Below, piece after piece: positions 30,061 through 39,960 of a stretch of DNA of 64,000 bases; within the stretch, counting starts at the first letter, position 1, and each line of letters opens with the position of its first letter. The notes beneath the pieces were generated by a model, which worked only from the letters and a program-made list of their open reading frames with translations, had not been told where the DNA came from and ran no database searches. The stretch is from an uncultured Pseudobdellovibrionaceae bacterium. GTDB lineage: Bacteria; Patescibacteriota; Minisyncoccia; Moranbacterales; GCA-2747515. The stretch lies in the NCBI GenBank assembly GCA_964463705.1, contig CAYXCH010000021.1, positions 65,162-129,161 on the forward strand, read 5' to 3'. The translations under genes and the position numbers were made by a program.

Positions 30061-33000
30061 CTAGCGCGATACCGCTGTTTCATATCCTGCAACATACCAG
30101 ATAAATCGGCCGGCGGCGGGATCAGAGCAGACACCGGAACCGGTACATCCGCATTGCCACTGATTTCCGCTACGCTTACACGTATACGTTGCCACATACT
30201 GTTGACCGCCATCCGCCGGAAGTTGTATCTCACCACGCCCGATAACCCATTGTCCCGTTGAATCCATTGTACCACTTACCGGTACGGAATTGGTAAAGTT
30301 GGAACCGTCGGTTGTATAGTATGCCGTATTCCACGTATATATCGTATCCCGATCTTCTCCAACCACCGCAATAGGTGAACCGCCATCACAGTATACATCA
30401 ATAATTGCAGCACCATTAGTCAATGTTTCGTTTAGCTCACTCGGGACACGCGTTTCACATGAGTGTCGCAAATCTCGCGTAACCGGCGATACCGGACTTG
30501 TCGGTGATGTGCCAACCTCTGTTGATGCTCCTATCGTTGTTGTTGTTGTATTCTTCGTTCCAGTGGTGGTAGTTGTCGTATCGTTGGGACACTGACGGAA
30601 TTCACAATTATTCTTCGGATCCCTTCCCACATATGTCCGTCCATCGGCGCAAAGTTTAACATCTGCCGTACATGCCGTCTGAACAACATCTTTATCCTGT
30701 GTATTCTCCGTATCAACACTTCCGACATATTTTGCAAGCATACATCCGGGATTCAAGCTGGCATTTTCACCATCCGAGTGAACCGCCGCCACACTGTACG
30801 CATCTTGTGACAGTACAACACGACCCACACCCTCCGCATGACCTTGCGCTTCTACCGTTTTTAGATCCGTTGTCGGATTTGTTTGAACAATCGCCTCTCC
30901 GTTTTTCCCATAAAACGCAACGTAGTATCGCTCGTTCGGCTGATCTTGATTATGGCGACCATCAAAGGAGTCTGATGCGGAAAGATATACTTCATACACA
31001 CCGCGCGGAATTGTGATACCGCTGATAACATCTTTTTGCCCCGCCCATTCCAGACGCTGTGTAAACCGTACAATAATATCTCGAGAACTTCCCGTCTTAA
31101 ACGGACAGTAATTAATATACTGGGCATTTTCCGTTCCATCCACCGCCGTTGTTCCAATATGATCACCCACAACAACAGTCAGCGTCTTTTTATGCTCCGC
31201 TTCACCGCTCTTTCGCGGAGTACACGTCAAAGTAAATTCTGTTGTTTGATCTACATACATCAACTCTTCCTGACTACTCCATGTCTGCAAATCAATAGAC
31301 TTTACCGCCGCCCGCGCTCGTACATAAGCGGAATTGTTTTCCATTCCCTTGCGAGAGACCTTACAGGATTTCATTCCATAGAAATCCCAACTTAGCAAAA
31401 CATATCCCGGATCAGTCAGGTGCGGTTTATTGGCGGTAAAGTACCGAATACCGGCCGTCCCCCCGACGCGAACATCTTTGGTGCGAACTTCTGTAATTGT
31501 CGCATCCGCCAAGTCATAACATGCAAGGGATACATGGACTGTTCCATCTTCAAATCCATGAAGTGCAAACGTCTTACTATATGCCGTTGCCTCATAGTAT
31601 ACGGCACGCGGAATCAACTCTATCGCCCGACTTCCGGACGAAGTGCGCTGTGATGCAACCAAGCGACAACGCATCGGTTTCTTATCCACCACCGCCCAAG
31701 TAGCGGTAACACTTCCACCGGACTCTACACTTTCCGGCGTAACATCAAAGGAGGAAATAAAGGTCCCCGCCGTGGAAGGATCTCCGGAAGTATCCGCCGG
31801 ATCCGTTGTTGTTCCCGTGTCGGAAAATGTAATAATTACGGTTCGTGTATCGTTGGTATTTGTTCCCACACGCCAACAATCCAGTGCCAATACAACCTGA
31901 TCACCGGATGCGGCGGTAGATCCGAAATTACTCCACGTCAATGACCCCTTTACAGTAAGTTTATCCTTTCCTTCCACAACCTTAACAAGAGACTCATCAA
32001 TTGCCTTGATCCCGGCAACCGTCCATCCGTTATATGCACGACAGTGACTGCGATCATCAGCATAGTTCCACGCAATGGAGAGATCACTTCCCGGAGCTAC
32101 CGTAATGCTATCCGATGCTCCATTAACGGTAAATGCAAATGCGGGCGCATCAGAATCAGTCTGCTGTGTGGTATCTCCTTGAACTTTTACCGTTATACTT
32201 GCAGATACCTCATTAAGACCAAACGCATTGGAACAGGTGATGGTGTATGTTGAGTCTGCGGTAATTCCCGGAACGGTAAACTCTCCCTGTGGTTTCAGGA
32301 CGGTACGATAAATACGAAACGTCGTTGCATCGGAAGCACTTGCCTTTACATCGTTGGCAGACCATGCACCGGACGCCGTACAAAATGTACGATTCGGAGC
32401 ATTCCACTGTAGCGTAAAGTGTTGTCCGGGCGCAACCGTTTGTGTGCCTTCTTTGATAGAGAATGCAACAGTTCCATCTGTTGCCGTAGGAGCATTTCCC
32501 ACCGTTTTTGTCGCTGTCAACGGTTTTGTGTCGGGCTGTACCACTCCGTTGGCACTCACTCGATGACGCAGACATCGTATTGTGAAAGAATAATATCCGG
32601 CCGGCGTTTGAAACTCCACATTTCCGTTCGGCACAAGAGCGCGAGGAGATCCGTCCTTCTCAAACAAGAGCTCGGGCTTATTCTGCAACAATTCTTCCGT
32701 TGTTGTATCTCCCGTGATCAAACAGTAGTCTTTTCCGGTAGTTTTCCACTGTAATGATACGGTATACATTTCATTGTTATCCGGAGATGATGCCACCGCC
32801 TGAAAATCCAATGATGCGGAATCCTGAGACACGAACCCTCCACTATCATCGGAAGAATCATTGTTATTTCCATTGTTGGAAGAGTTACCACCTGCCGAAT
32901 CAACAACGTTAAGAGTGATTGTGGAAGTTTTGATATAATGGCGTGGTGCCGGATACTTACATGTTAATACCGCCTTATATTCCCCCGGAGAGTCAAATAC

Positions 33001-34368
33001 CACCGGATAGAATACCCTATTATTAGATGCTGTGGATTGTAGTTTTCCTCTATCAAAATCTGCATCATATTTGGAAAATGTCGCATCACCCACCTTTGAA
33101 ACCCTGATCGAACATTCCGTTGCAGGTACGGTTAATTTTTTTATCTTAAAATAGTTAAACCAATTCAATGTTACCGTCTCACCAATGGCAATATTATCTT
33201 GCTTTGTTGCATAAAATGATAATATTGCACGATCACCGGTGACCTCACCACCCGTGGCATCCATCGCCTTAAAGCGAATATTTGCACGTAATGGATAGTA
33301 AGTTTCCGTACCACATTCTTCATGTGCTTGACACTCTCTTGTGCCGCGACAACGTAACTCAAATGTCTGTGACCAATTAATGCTGTCAAACGTAAGTGTG
33401 TCTGATGTCTTGACATCCGGACGATATTGATCCAGACTTGCACTGCATGAATCAGCATTCGGAACATTCCAAGAAATCTTTACCGGCGTATCCAGTGGCA
33501 CCGAAATATCTCCCGATGTATTCTCGTAAACGGTATCACCAACGATAACGGCAAAAGGTCGCCTACTTTCATCCACGGATGATGTATCTACTTTTACGGT
33601 ACGATGCGAATCATAGTATGTTCCTCCACTCTTTGAATGCTCAAGACATTTTAGGTGTATATTAAGATCCGAATTTCCATAATCATCCGCATGGAGTGTT
33701 ACTTGACCGGATTTTTTAGAAACACCGGGAACAGGTTTCTCGTTAACAAACATCCTACACCTATCATCCATTGCGCGAGGTGCATTCCACGATGCGACAA
33801 CGGAACCATATTTTGGAATCGTTTCCTTATCAACAGACAGAGCCGTTTTATCTACAACCGTCATCCACCAGGAACTCCCGTACACCTTTCCATCCTTTGT
33901 ATCTTTGTCACAAACAAGTACAAACGTATTCTTTCCCAGCGAATAAAGATCCGGTGTTATTTTTAAACGTTTATCTTTGGTAATCGTTACTATTTTCTGC
34001 TTCTTTCCCTTAGCATTATCCAAATATACCGTACACTGCGGATAATAAAAAGAACCGCCATCTTCACCCTCCTCGCGTCTTCCAATACCATTAGCATTGG
34101 CAAGTATTGATATTTCCTCATCTTTATACACTTCCGCCCCGCTATCAAATATGCCGTATCCATAAAACTTAATATCGGGTCGACTTTTATCAATATAATC
34201 ATATCCTTCAACAACCTCCGCTGAAGCGGTGTGCATGGACGCAAAGATGCCAACGATACCAATCCCCAGCGCAAGAACCCCCTTCATCACAACATTGCCC
34301 ACCCAATGCCGCACAAAATACCCGATATTATGAGAATATCGTATATATTTGTTTTTCATAAAAACCAT
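30061..34368 (-). CDS. Giant (1435 aa) membrane-anchored/secreted beta-sandwich repeat surface protein with conserved Cys-rich C-terminal module
   Basis: N-terminal signal/anchor helix. Many 90-110-aa repeats of W/Y/T/S/G-rich beta-strand character with paired Cys. The Thr-rich linker TTTTTGTKNTTTTT precedes a C-terminal module similar to the SGNH hydrolase C-terminus. Confidence 0.6.
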   Translation of the reverse strand: MVFMKNKYIRYSHNIGYFVRHWVGNVVMKGVLALGIGIVGIFASMHTASAEVVEGYDYIDKSRPDIKFYGYGIFDSGAEVYKDEEISILANANGIGRREEGEDGGSFYYPQCTVYLDNAKGKKQKIVTITKDKRLKITPDLYSLGKNTFVLVCDKDTKDGKVYGSSWWMTVVDKTALSVDKETIPKYGSVVASWNAPRAMDDRCRMFVNEKPVPGVSKKSGQVTLHADDYGNSDLNIHLKCLEHSKSGGTYYDSHRTVKVDTSSVDESRRPFAVIVGDTVYENTSGDISVPLDTPVKISWNVPNADSCSASLDQYRPDVKTSDTLTFDSINWSQTFELRCRGTRECQAHEECGTETYYPLRANIRFKAMDATGGEVTGDRAILSFYATKQDNIAIGETVTLNWFNYFKIKKLTVPATECSIRVSKVGDATFSKYDADFDRGKLQSTASNNRVFYPVVFDSPGEYKAVLTCKYPAPRHYIKTSTITLNVVDSAGGNSSNNGNNNDSSDDSGGFVSQDSASLDFQAVASSPDNNEMYTVSLQWKTTGKDYCLITGDTTTEELLQNKPELLFEKDGSPRALVPNGNVEFQTPAGYYSFTIRCLRHRVSANGVVQPDTKPLTATKTVGNAPTATDGTVAFSIKEGTQTVAPGQHFTLQWNAPNRTFCTASGAWSANDVKASASDATTFRIYRTVLKPQGEFTVPGITADSTYTITCSNAFGLNEVSASITVKVQGDTTQQTDSDAPAFAFTVNGASDSITVAPGSDLSIAWNYADDRSHCRAYNGWTVAGIKAIDESLVKVVEGKDKLTVKGSLTWSNFGSTAASGDQVVLALDCWRVGTNTNDTRTVIITFSDTGTTTDPADTSGDPSTAGTFISSFDVTPESVESGGSVTATWAVVDKKPMRCRLVASQRTSSGSRAIELIPRAVYYEATAYSKTFALHGFEDGTVHVSLACYDLADATITEVRTKDVRVGGTAGIRYFTANKPHLTDPGYVLLSWDFYGMKSCKVSRKGMENNSAYVRARAAVKSIDLQTWSSQEELMYVDQTTEFTLTCTPRKSGEAEHKKTLTVVVGDHIGTTAVDGTENAQYINYCPFKTGSSRDIIVRFTQRLEWAGQKDVISGITIPRGVYEVYLSASDSFDGRHNQDQPNERYYVAFYGKNGEAIVQTNPTTDLKTVEAQGHAEGVGRVVLSQDAYSVAAVHSDGENASLNPGCMLAKYVGSVDTENTQDKDVVQTACTADVKLCADGRTYVGRDPKNNCEFRQCPNDTTTTTTGTKNTTTTTIGASTEVGTSPTSPVSPVTRDLRHSCETRVPSELNETLTNGAAIIDVYCDGGSPIAVVGEDRDTIYTWNTAYYTTDGSNFTNSVPVSGTMDSTGQWVIGRGEIQLPADGGQQYVATYTCKRSGNQWQCGCTGSGVCSDPAAGRFIWYVAGYETAVSR

Positions 34369-34433
34369 ACACTTTTTATTACATAATACTTATTTACAAT
34401 ATATCATACCACCCCCTGGCGTCGCAAGTACTC

Positions 34434-36044
34434 CTACTCTCGTGTCAAGTCCTCCAGTGTCAGCTCCGTATCATGACGCAATGCGTCGGTATGATATGTA
34501 TATCGCGTACCATCCGGAAGAATAACAGTTAGTGTAAACGGTGTGTCGGCAATTCCGGATTGCTTTTGAATCTTGAACCGATAATTTTCCGGCGTAATAG
34601 ACGTCGGTAACACATACTGCAACATTGTCGGAAGCACGGGACGCTCACCGATAAGAACATCAAATTTATAAGCGTAAACCGTCCGATTGGCAAATGTTTC
34701 TGTATCCGCCGATGGCGGGAAAAACCACTCCCGTGTAATCCACCGCGATCCGCGCGGAACAATCATGCGCGTATAGGAATGATAATCTTTGGTGTCCCAA
34801 TCTTCCGACTTCGCCGTGTGCGTATAAGTAACCCGTGTTGTTGCGAGGGCATGGGGCGCACGATATGATCCGCTCATAATTTTCTCTTTCAAATCCGCCG
34901 TCCGATAACGTATCATACGTCCCGCCGCCGCATCATTGACCACCGCCCCTCGCCCGCGAAAATCTACTGTGTGCTCAATCACTCGTGTAATATATCGATC
35001 ACTCTTAAGTGACCCGAGATTTGCATCCACAACAAAGAGATAATCCCCCGTCCATTCCGTGTCCACCTCTCCCGTCCAATGATGTTCTCGCGCAATGGAT
35101 TGCAATCGCTCATCAGCAAGGAACAGCTGAATATCTTTTCGCTCCAATCCCTCCAACACAAAGTGAATCAGCGCCGGAATTGTCTGTGGAAGCTTCTGCG
35201 GAGCAGTAAGACGATGAACGATTTCCGCACCAAGATCCTTCATAACCTGCTTCCGCTGAACACGCTCCCACGGACGAACGCGACGAATTTTCTTTCCATT
35301 TTCATCTCGCGGCTCCGTGTACTTTTTCCCCAGGCGCTCTGCCTCCGCTTCTGCACGCTCCACCGCCGCGTCACGCAACAAAATATCTTTTTCTACCGCT
35401 TCCTGCAACTGCCACGCCGCATCCTCCGGCGTAAACGTCACCGTATAAGACCCCCGCTGACGACTCTTTGCTGTGACAGTGATGGGGCCGGTCACCGCGA
35501 TGAGATCATTCAACAATGTTGCGTTAAGCGCCACCACCGCATCAAACTGCGGATTGCTCTGTGGATTCAGCCCATAGAAATGCAACACATCCCGTACCGC
35601 AGTGGGAAAATCCGGAGAGAAATTGGCATCTCGGAACTTCCACTTTTTAATACCCATGTACTTCGCCAGTGGCGGAAGCGCCGGCCGATCACTCTTGATA
35701 CTTTTATCAAAACGATTTGCGTCCACAATCTCCATCTGTGTAACACGCCCATTCCGAATTTCCATGACCGCAAATTGCCCTAAAAATCCTCCCGTAGGTC
35801 GCAATTCAAAATTATTCTGCAACAATACAAATATCCGATATGTCCGATCATCCGACGCAAGGAACGCTTTGGCAATTTCTGTCAATGCCCGCATCTCCTC
35901 CTCCTGTCCCTCCGGTGCGGGCAAATAGTCAATTGCCGTTTTCGCAGCAGTGGTAATAATAATGTGTTCATTTTTTTGAAACAGTATGTATCCGCCGGCA
36001 CCCAGAATCAGTACCGCAAGCACTATGCCAAAAATCGTCTTCAT
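34434..36044 (-). CDS. DUF4012-like membrane-anchored extracytoplasmic protein
   Basis: N-terminal TM segment plus NNFELRPTGGFLGQFAVMEI, a motif recalled from the DUF4012 family. 536 aa. Confidence 0.45.
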   Translation of the reverse strand: MKTIFGIVLAVLILGAGGYILFQKNEHIIITTAAKTAIDYLPAPEGQEEEMRALTEIAKAFLASDDRTYRIFVLLQNNFELRPTGGFLGQFAVMEIRNGRVTQMEIVDANRFDKSIKSDRPALPPLAKYMGIKKWKFRDANFSPDFPTAVRDVLHFYGLNPQSNPQFDAVVALNATLLNDLIAVTGPITVTAKSRQRGSYTVTFTPEDAAWQLQEAVEKDILLRDAAVERAEAEAERLGKKYTEPRDENGKKIRRVRPWERVQRKQVMKDLGAEIVHRLTAPQKLPQTIPALIHFVLEGLERKDIQLFLADERLQSIAREHHWTGEVDTEWTGDYLFVVDANLGSLKSDRYITRVIEHTVDFRGRGAVVNDAAAGRMIRYRTADLKEKIMSGSYRAPHALATTRVTYTHTAKSEDWDTKDYHSYTRMIVPRGSRWITREWFFPPSADTETFANRTVYAYKFDVLIGERPVLPTMLQYVLPTSITPENYRFKIQKQSGIADTPFTLTVILPDGTRYTYHTDALRHDTELTLEDLTRE

Positions 36045-37135
36045 AGGGTATCAATTACTCGTGATGTTTCGCTATGTTGCGCATGTGTACGAATATGTAC
36101 ATCGTGTTGCGGGAACGGAATCTCTATTCCGGCAGCGGCAAATCGTTTATAAATTGCACGATTAACATAATGTCGGGACTCTCCCCGTTGCTCCGGACGT
36201 GCCACCCAATAGAACAAACTATACTCTATACTGGACTCCCCAAACGCCCGAAACCGAGCGCGCGGTGCCGGCGTGTCCACTACCAATTCCGTCTCCGTTG
36301 CCGCAGCAATTAACTCTTGTTCCACTTTATCAATATCCGATCCGTATGCCACGCCGACATCTACACGAACGCGAAACCGCTCTGATGGGCCGCCGGACTC
36401 GTTCACAATCTTGGTATTGCCCATGATACCGTTCGGCACCGTCACTTCCACATCATCGCGCGTCAGCATGCGCGTAGACCGCAGTCCGATATGTGTCACT
36501 CGTCCCCGCTCACCGCTATCCAACTCAATATAGTCTCCAATCTTATACGGTGCATCCGCTACGATAAACACGCCCGCAAAAAGATTGGCCAACGTATCCT
36601 TCGCCGCAAATCCCACCGCCATCCCGATAATTCCCGCACTGGCGAGCCACGCTGTCATGTTAATACCCCAAATGGTGAATATTGCATATAATGCCGCCGC
36701 CACGATCAATACCACCAACGCATTTTCAAATAACGGTAACGTTTGCTCTTTTACAAACGTCACTTGTGGAATGTCTTTGGACTTGTACAATACTGCACGA
36801 ACCGCATGAAACAAAAACTGTGCCCAGAGGAATACAAGAATAGTCTGCACGATACGCATTCCAAATTGCGCACTCTCCATCCCGATGATACCGTCCATTG
36901 TCAGTGCGGCCAGCGCACCGAAAAGAAACACCGAATAAAACAATGGACGCTGTAACGCCGCAATAATGCGATCATCAATCTCCGTTGTCGTATGCCGTGT
37001 TACGGCTCGCAACATACCGATAACAACGATACGCACAATCACTGCCGCCATCACCACCCCCACGCCGAGCAAAATCAGTTGAATAGTATGGGGCTGCGCG
37101 GCAAACAGTGTGGAAATCTCTGTACGAATACTCAT
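36041..37135 (-). CDS. Mechanosensitive ion channel, MscS family
   Basis: Several N-terminal TM helices, then the MscS beta-domain KIGDYIELDSGERGRVTHIGLRSTRMLTRDDVEVTVPNG. Confidence 0.8.
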   Translation of the reverse strand: MSIRTEISTLFAAQPHTIQLILLGVGVVMAAVIVRIVVIGMLRAVTRHTTTEIDDRIIAALQRPLFYSVFLFGALAALTMDGIIGMESAQFGMRIVQTILVFLWAQFLFHAVRAVLYKSKDIPQVTFVKEQTLPLFENALVVLIVAAALYAIFTIWGINMTAWLASAGIIGMAVGFAAKDTLANLFAGVFIVADAPYKIGDYIELDSGERGRVTHIGLRSTRMLTRDDVEVTVPNGIMGNTKIVNESGGPSERFRVRVDVGVAYGSDIDKVEQELIAAATETELVVDTPAPRARFRAFGESSIEYSLFYWVARPEQRGESRHYVNRAIYKRFAAAGIEIPFPQHDVHIRTHAQHSETSRVIDTL

Positions 37136-37146
37136 AGGACTTGCGG

Positions 37147-38505
37147 TTAGCGATCAATCGGGAATCGGCGACAGACGGAACGAACATCGGCGCGAATTGC
37201 ACGTAACGATGTATCTCGTGCACACCGCGCTCGGAACGCTCGCACCGCGGCGGCACGATTCGTTGTCGGCATCTCCACATCGGCAATAAGATCCATTACC
37301 GCCGAAATCCACACGGCAATCTTTTTCATCTCTCGCACTCCCATACCCCGTGTCGTAATACTCGGCGTTCCGATGCGAATACCGCTGGGGTAGAACGGAC
37401 TGGACGCATCGGCGGGAATGGTGTTTTTATTTACCGTAATCCCGACGGTTTCCAGCGCCAACTCCGCAAATACGCCCCGCCCGACGCCGCAATCAATAAG
37501 CATCAAATGTGTATCGGTTCCACTGCCCACCACACGCACACCGCGATTCTTTAGCTCTTGTGCAAGTACGGCGGCATTCTTCACCACTCGCGCACCGTAT
37601 GCGCGGAATGATGCCGTTGACGCTTCTTTAAGTGCGACGGCAATCGCTGCGGTTTGATGATCATGTGGTCCTCCCTGCAACATCGGAAATACCGCCGCAT
37701 CAATCTTGGCACCCAACTTCGGATCCCGCGCAAGTCCGCGTGATGTCACCATAATCATCCCGCCCCGCGGTCCGCGTAACGTCTTGTGTGTCGTTGTTGT
37801 AATAATATCCACATGTCGCACCGGTGACGGATGAACACCGCTGACAATCAGTCCCGTGATATGTGATGTATCCGCCGCAAGATACGCTCCGACATCCCGC
37901 GCAATCCGCCCGAATGCCGCGTAATTGATTTTCCACGGGTAGGCACTGGTTCCCACCCATATCAACTTCGGACGGTGCTTCTTTGCCAATGTTGCCACTT
38001 CATTCATATCAATCCGCCCACGCCGATTCACATGATATTGAACGGCGGAATAAAACGTCCCCGTCGCACTTGCCTTCCATCCATGGGTAAGGTGTCCGCC
38101 ATCCGGCAACGCCTGCCCCATCACCGTATCTCCCGGCGCACATGTTGCGGCATATACGGCGAGATTTGCCGGCGAACCGCTGTACGGCTGCACATTGACA
38201 TACGGCACACCGAACAACGCTCGCGCCCGCTCTTGCGCCAACTCCTCAATCGCATCCACATGCTCCTGACCGCCATAATACCGCTTCCCCGGATATCCCT
38301 CGGAATACTTGTTTGTCAAGATTGAGCCCATCGCTTCCCGCACCGCCGCAGACGCGATATTCTCTGACGGAATCAATTCCATTGTCTCATTCTGCCGGCG
38401 CGCCTCCGCCGCAATCAGTGTCGCAACTCGCGGATCACTCTGCCGCAATGATGTTCGCGTTCGTGATGATTTTGCGGTAGTTTTTGCGGTCTTCATATCC
38501 TTCAC
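37147..38505 (-). CDS. glyA: Serine hydroxymethyltransferase with about 40-aa N-terminal extension
   Basis: TTTTHKTLRGPRGG PLP-lysine motif and an SHMT fold throughout. Confidence 0.9.
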   Translation of the reverse strand: MKDMKTAKTTAKSSRTRTSLRQSDPRVATLIAAEARRQNETMELIPSENIASAAVREAMGSILTNKYSEGYPGKRYYGGQEHVDAIEELAQERARALFGVPYVNVQPYSGSPANLAVYAATCAPGDTVMGQALPDGGHLTHGWKASATGTFYSAVQYHVNRRGRIDMNEVATLAKKHRPKLIWVGTSAYPWKINYAAFGRIARDVGAYLAADTSHITGLIVSGVHPSPVRHVDIITTTTHKTLRGPRGGMIMVTSRGLARDPKLGAKIDAAVFPMLQGGPHDHQTAAIAVALKEASTASFRAYGARVVKNAAVLAQELKNRGVRVVGSGTDTHLMLIDCGVGRGVFAELALETVGITVNKNTIPADASSPFYPSGIRIGTPSITTRGMGVREMKKIAVWISAVMDLIADVEMPTTNRAAAVRAFRARCARDTSLRAIRADVRSVCRRFPIDR

Positions 38506-38663
38506 ATAATTAACCCGTTATTTTTCCATCATACCACAGAAATACTTTTTATATAAAACACAAATAACAAAGACCGTCCATTCCGTAACAGTAATGACAT
38601 CACTCATCCGGACTACTTGCACAATTTGTATTGAAAATATCTCAAATACTTGCAAATAATAAA

Positions 38664-38690
38664 AAAACCCCCGTCATTGGGGGGTCTTAT
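38664..38690 (-). terminator. Intrinsic terminator directly after rplU
   Basis: acccccgtcattggggggt hairpin followed on the minus strand by a T-tract (plus strand aaaaaaa at 38660-38666). Confidence 0.55.
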
Positions 38691-39017
38691 TTATGCGTTA
38701 ATCTTTGTAATCTTCACCATCGTAAGCGGTTGCCGATGCCCAAAGAAAATGCGATATCGCTTCTTTGGCTTATACTTCACACCGCTGACTTTCTTTGCTC
38801 GTGTCTGATCAACAATTGTCCCCTCTACCGTCGCACCGTCCACCGTGGGAGATCCCAATGTAACGGATGGCGTCTCTCCCTCCTCCGCTACCAACAATAC
38901 CTCATCAAATGTCACCGTTGTCTCCGGTGCTCCGTCAATTTTCTCTACGGCGACAACATCACCCTCCGCCACGAGGTACTGCTTTCCGCCGGTCTTTATC
39001 ACTGCAATCATAGTCAT
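38691..39017 (-). CDS. rplU: 50S ribosomal protein L21
   Basis: MIAVIKTGGKQYLVAEGDVVAVEKI... Canonical L21. Confidence 0.85.
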   Translation of the reverse strand: MTMIAVIKTGGKQYLVAEGDVVAVEKIDGAPETTVTFDEVLLVAEEGETPSVTLGSPTVDGATVEGTIVDQTRAKKVSGVKYKPKKRYRIFFGHRQPLTMVKITKINA

Positions 39018-39093
39018 GAAACTTAGTCAAACAAAAACCGCGCTCTGCGCTTTTGCCATATTATCGCATATCTTATACATTTTGTCCAGCACA

Positions 39094-39960
39094 TTATCGC
39101 TGTGTTGTTCGTGTACACGGTACATCGGCGCGACAGGTATAAATAATATCTCCACGCTCATCGGTGCGCACTGTTGTAATGCCATACTGTGTCAACCGAT
39201 TGATTACCGCCTCATGCGGATGTCCATACCGATTGTTGCGCCCAACACTAATTACCGCCTCCTTCGGATGCGTCCGCTCCAACAATGCCACCGAAGTGGA
39301 TGTATCCGATCCGTGGTGCCCCACTTTAAGGACCGTAATATCTCGTGCGGGAAGATTACGCTCCTGAGCGGTGGATAAATCTCCGGTAAACCAAAATACC
39401 GTTTGTCCAATCGTATACTCCGTCACAATGCTGGTATCGTTTACATTGCGAATATTCCGCACCTGCGTTTCCCGTCGCGGAAAAAGCACGCGCAACTGTC
39501 CGTACTCCGGCGCTCCTTGTACCATATCTACCGAAACATATTGATCAGCCATAACAACCTCTGCCCGACTCTGCGTCAATGCACTGTGCCACGCCGTTGC
39601 CACACGAGATGTCTTAAATGCATTGGTTGAAATCACGGTCCCGACGCGCAACGTTCGCAACACCGCCACTTGCGCACCGATATGATCCGCATCCGGATGC
39701 GTGGCAATAACAACATCTACCACTCGGTCCCACACGGGCATATATCGCGCCAACGCCTCCAACAGCCGCTGTCCGTCCGCGCCCCCGTCAATGAGAATTT
39801 GTCTCGCACCCTGTGTAATCAAGATTGCATCACCCTGTCCGACATCCAAAAATACCACTCGCACCGTATCATCCGTGCGCACATCATATAATGCCAGCGC
39901 TCCGATACTTATTGCACCCCCCAGTACCAAAACGCCCACAATGTGTCCCAGTAACCGCAT
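39094..39960 (-). CDS. comEC: ComEC/Rec2 C-terminal metallo-beta-lactamase domain protein (separate ORF)
   Basis: FLDVGQGDAILI and HPDADHIGA MBL motifs, with an N-terminal TM segment. TAATG overlap with the upstream ComEC membrane ORF. Confidence 0.75.
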   Translation of the reverse strand: MRLLGHIVGVLVLGGAISIGALALYDVRTDDTVRVVFLDVGQGDAILITQGARQILIDGGADGQRLLEALARYMPVWDRVVDVVIATHPDADHIGAQVAVLRTLRVGTVISTNAFKTSRVATAWHSALTQSRAEVVMADQYVSVDMVQGAPEYGQLRVLFPRRETQVRNIRNVNDTSIVTEYTIGQTVFWFTGDLSTAQERNLPARDITVLKVGHHGSDTSTSVALLERTHPKEAVISVGRNNRYGHPHEAVINRLTQYGITTVRTDERGDIIYTCRADVPCTRTTQR

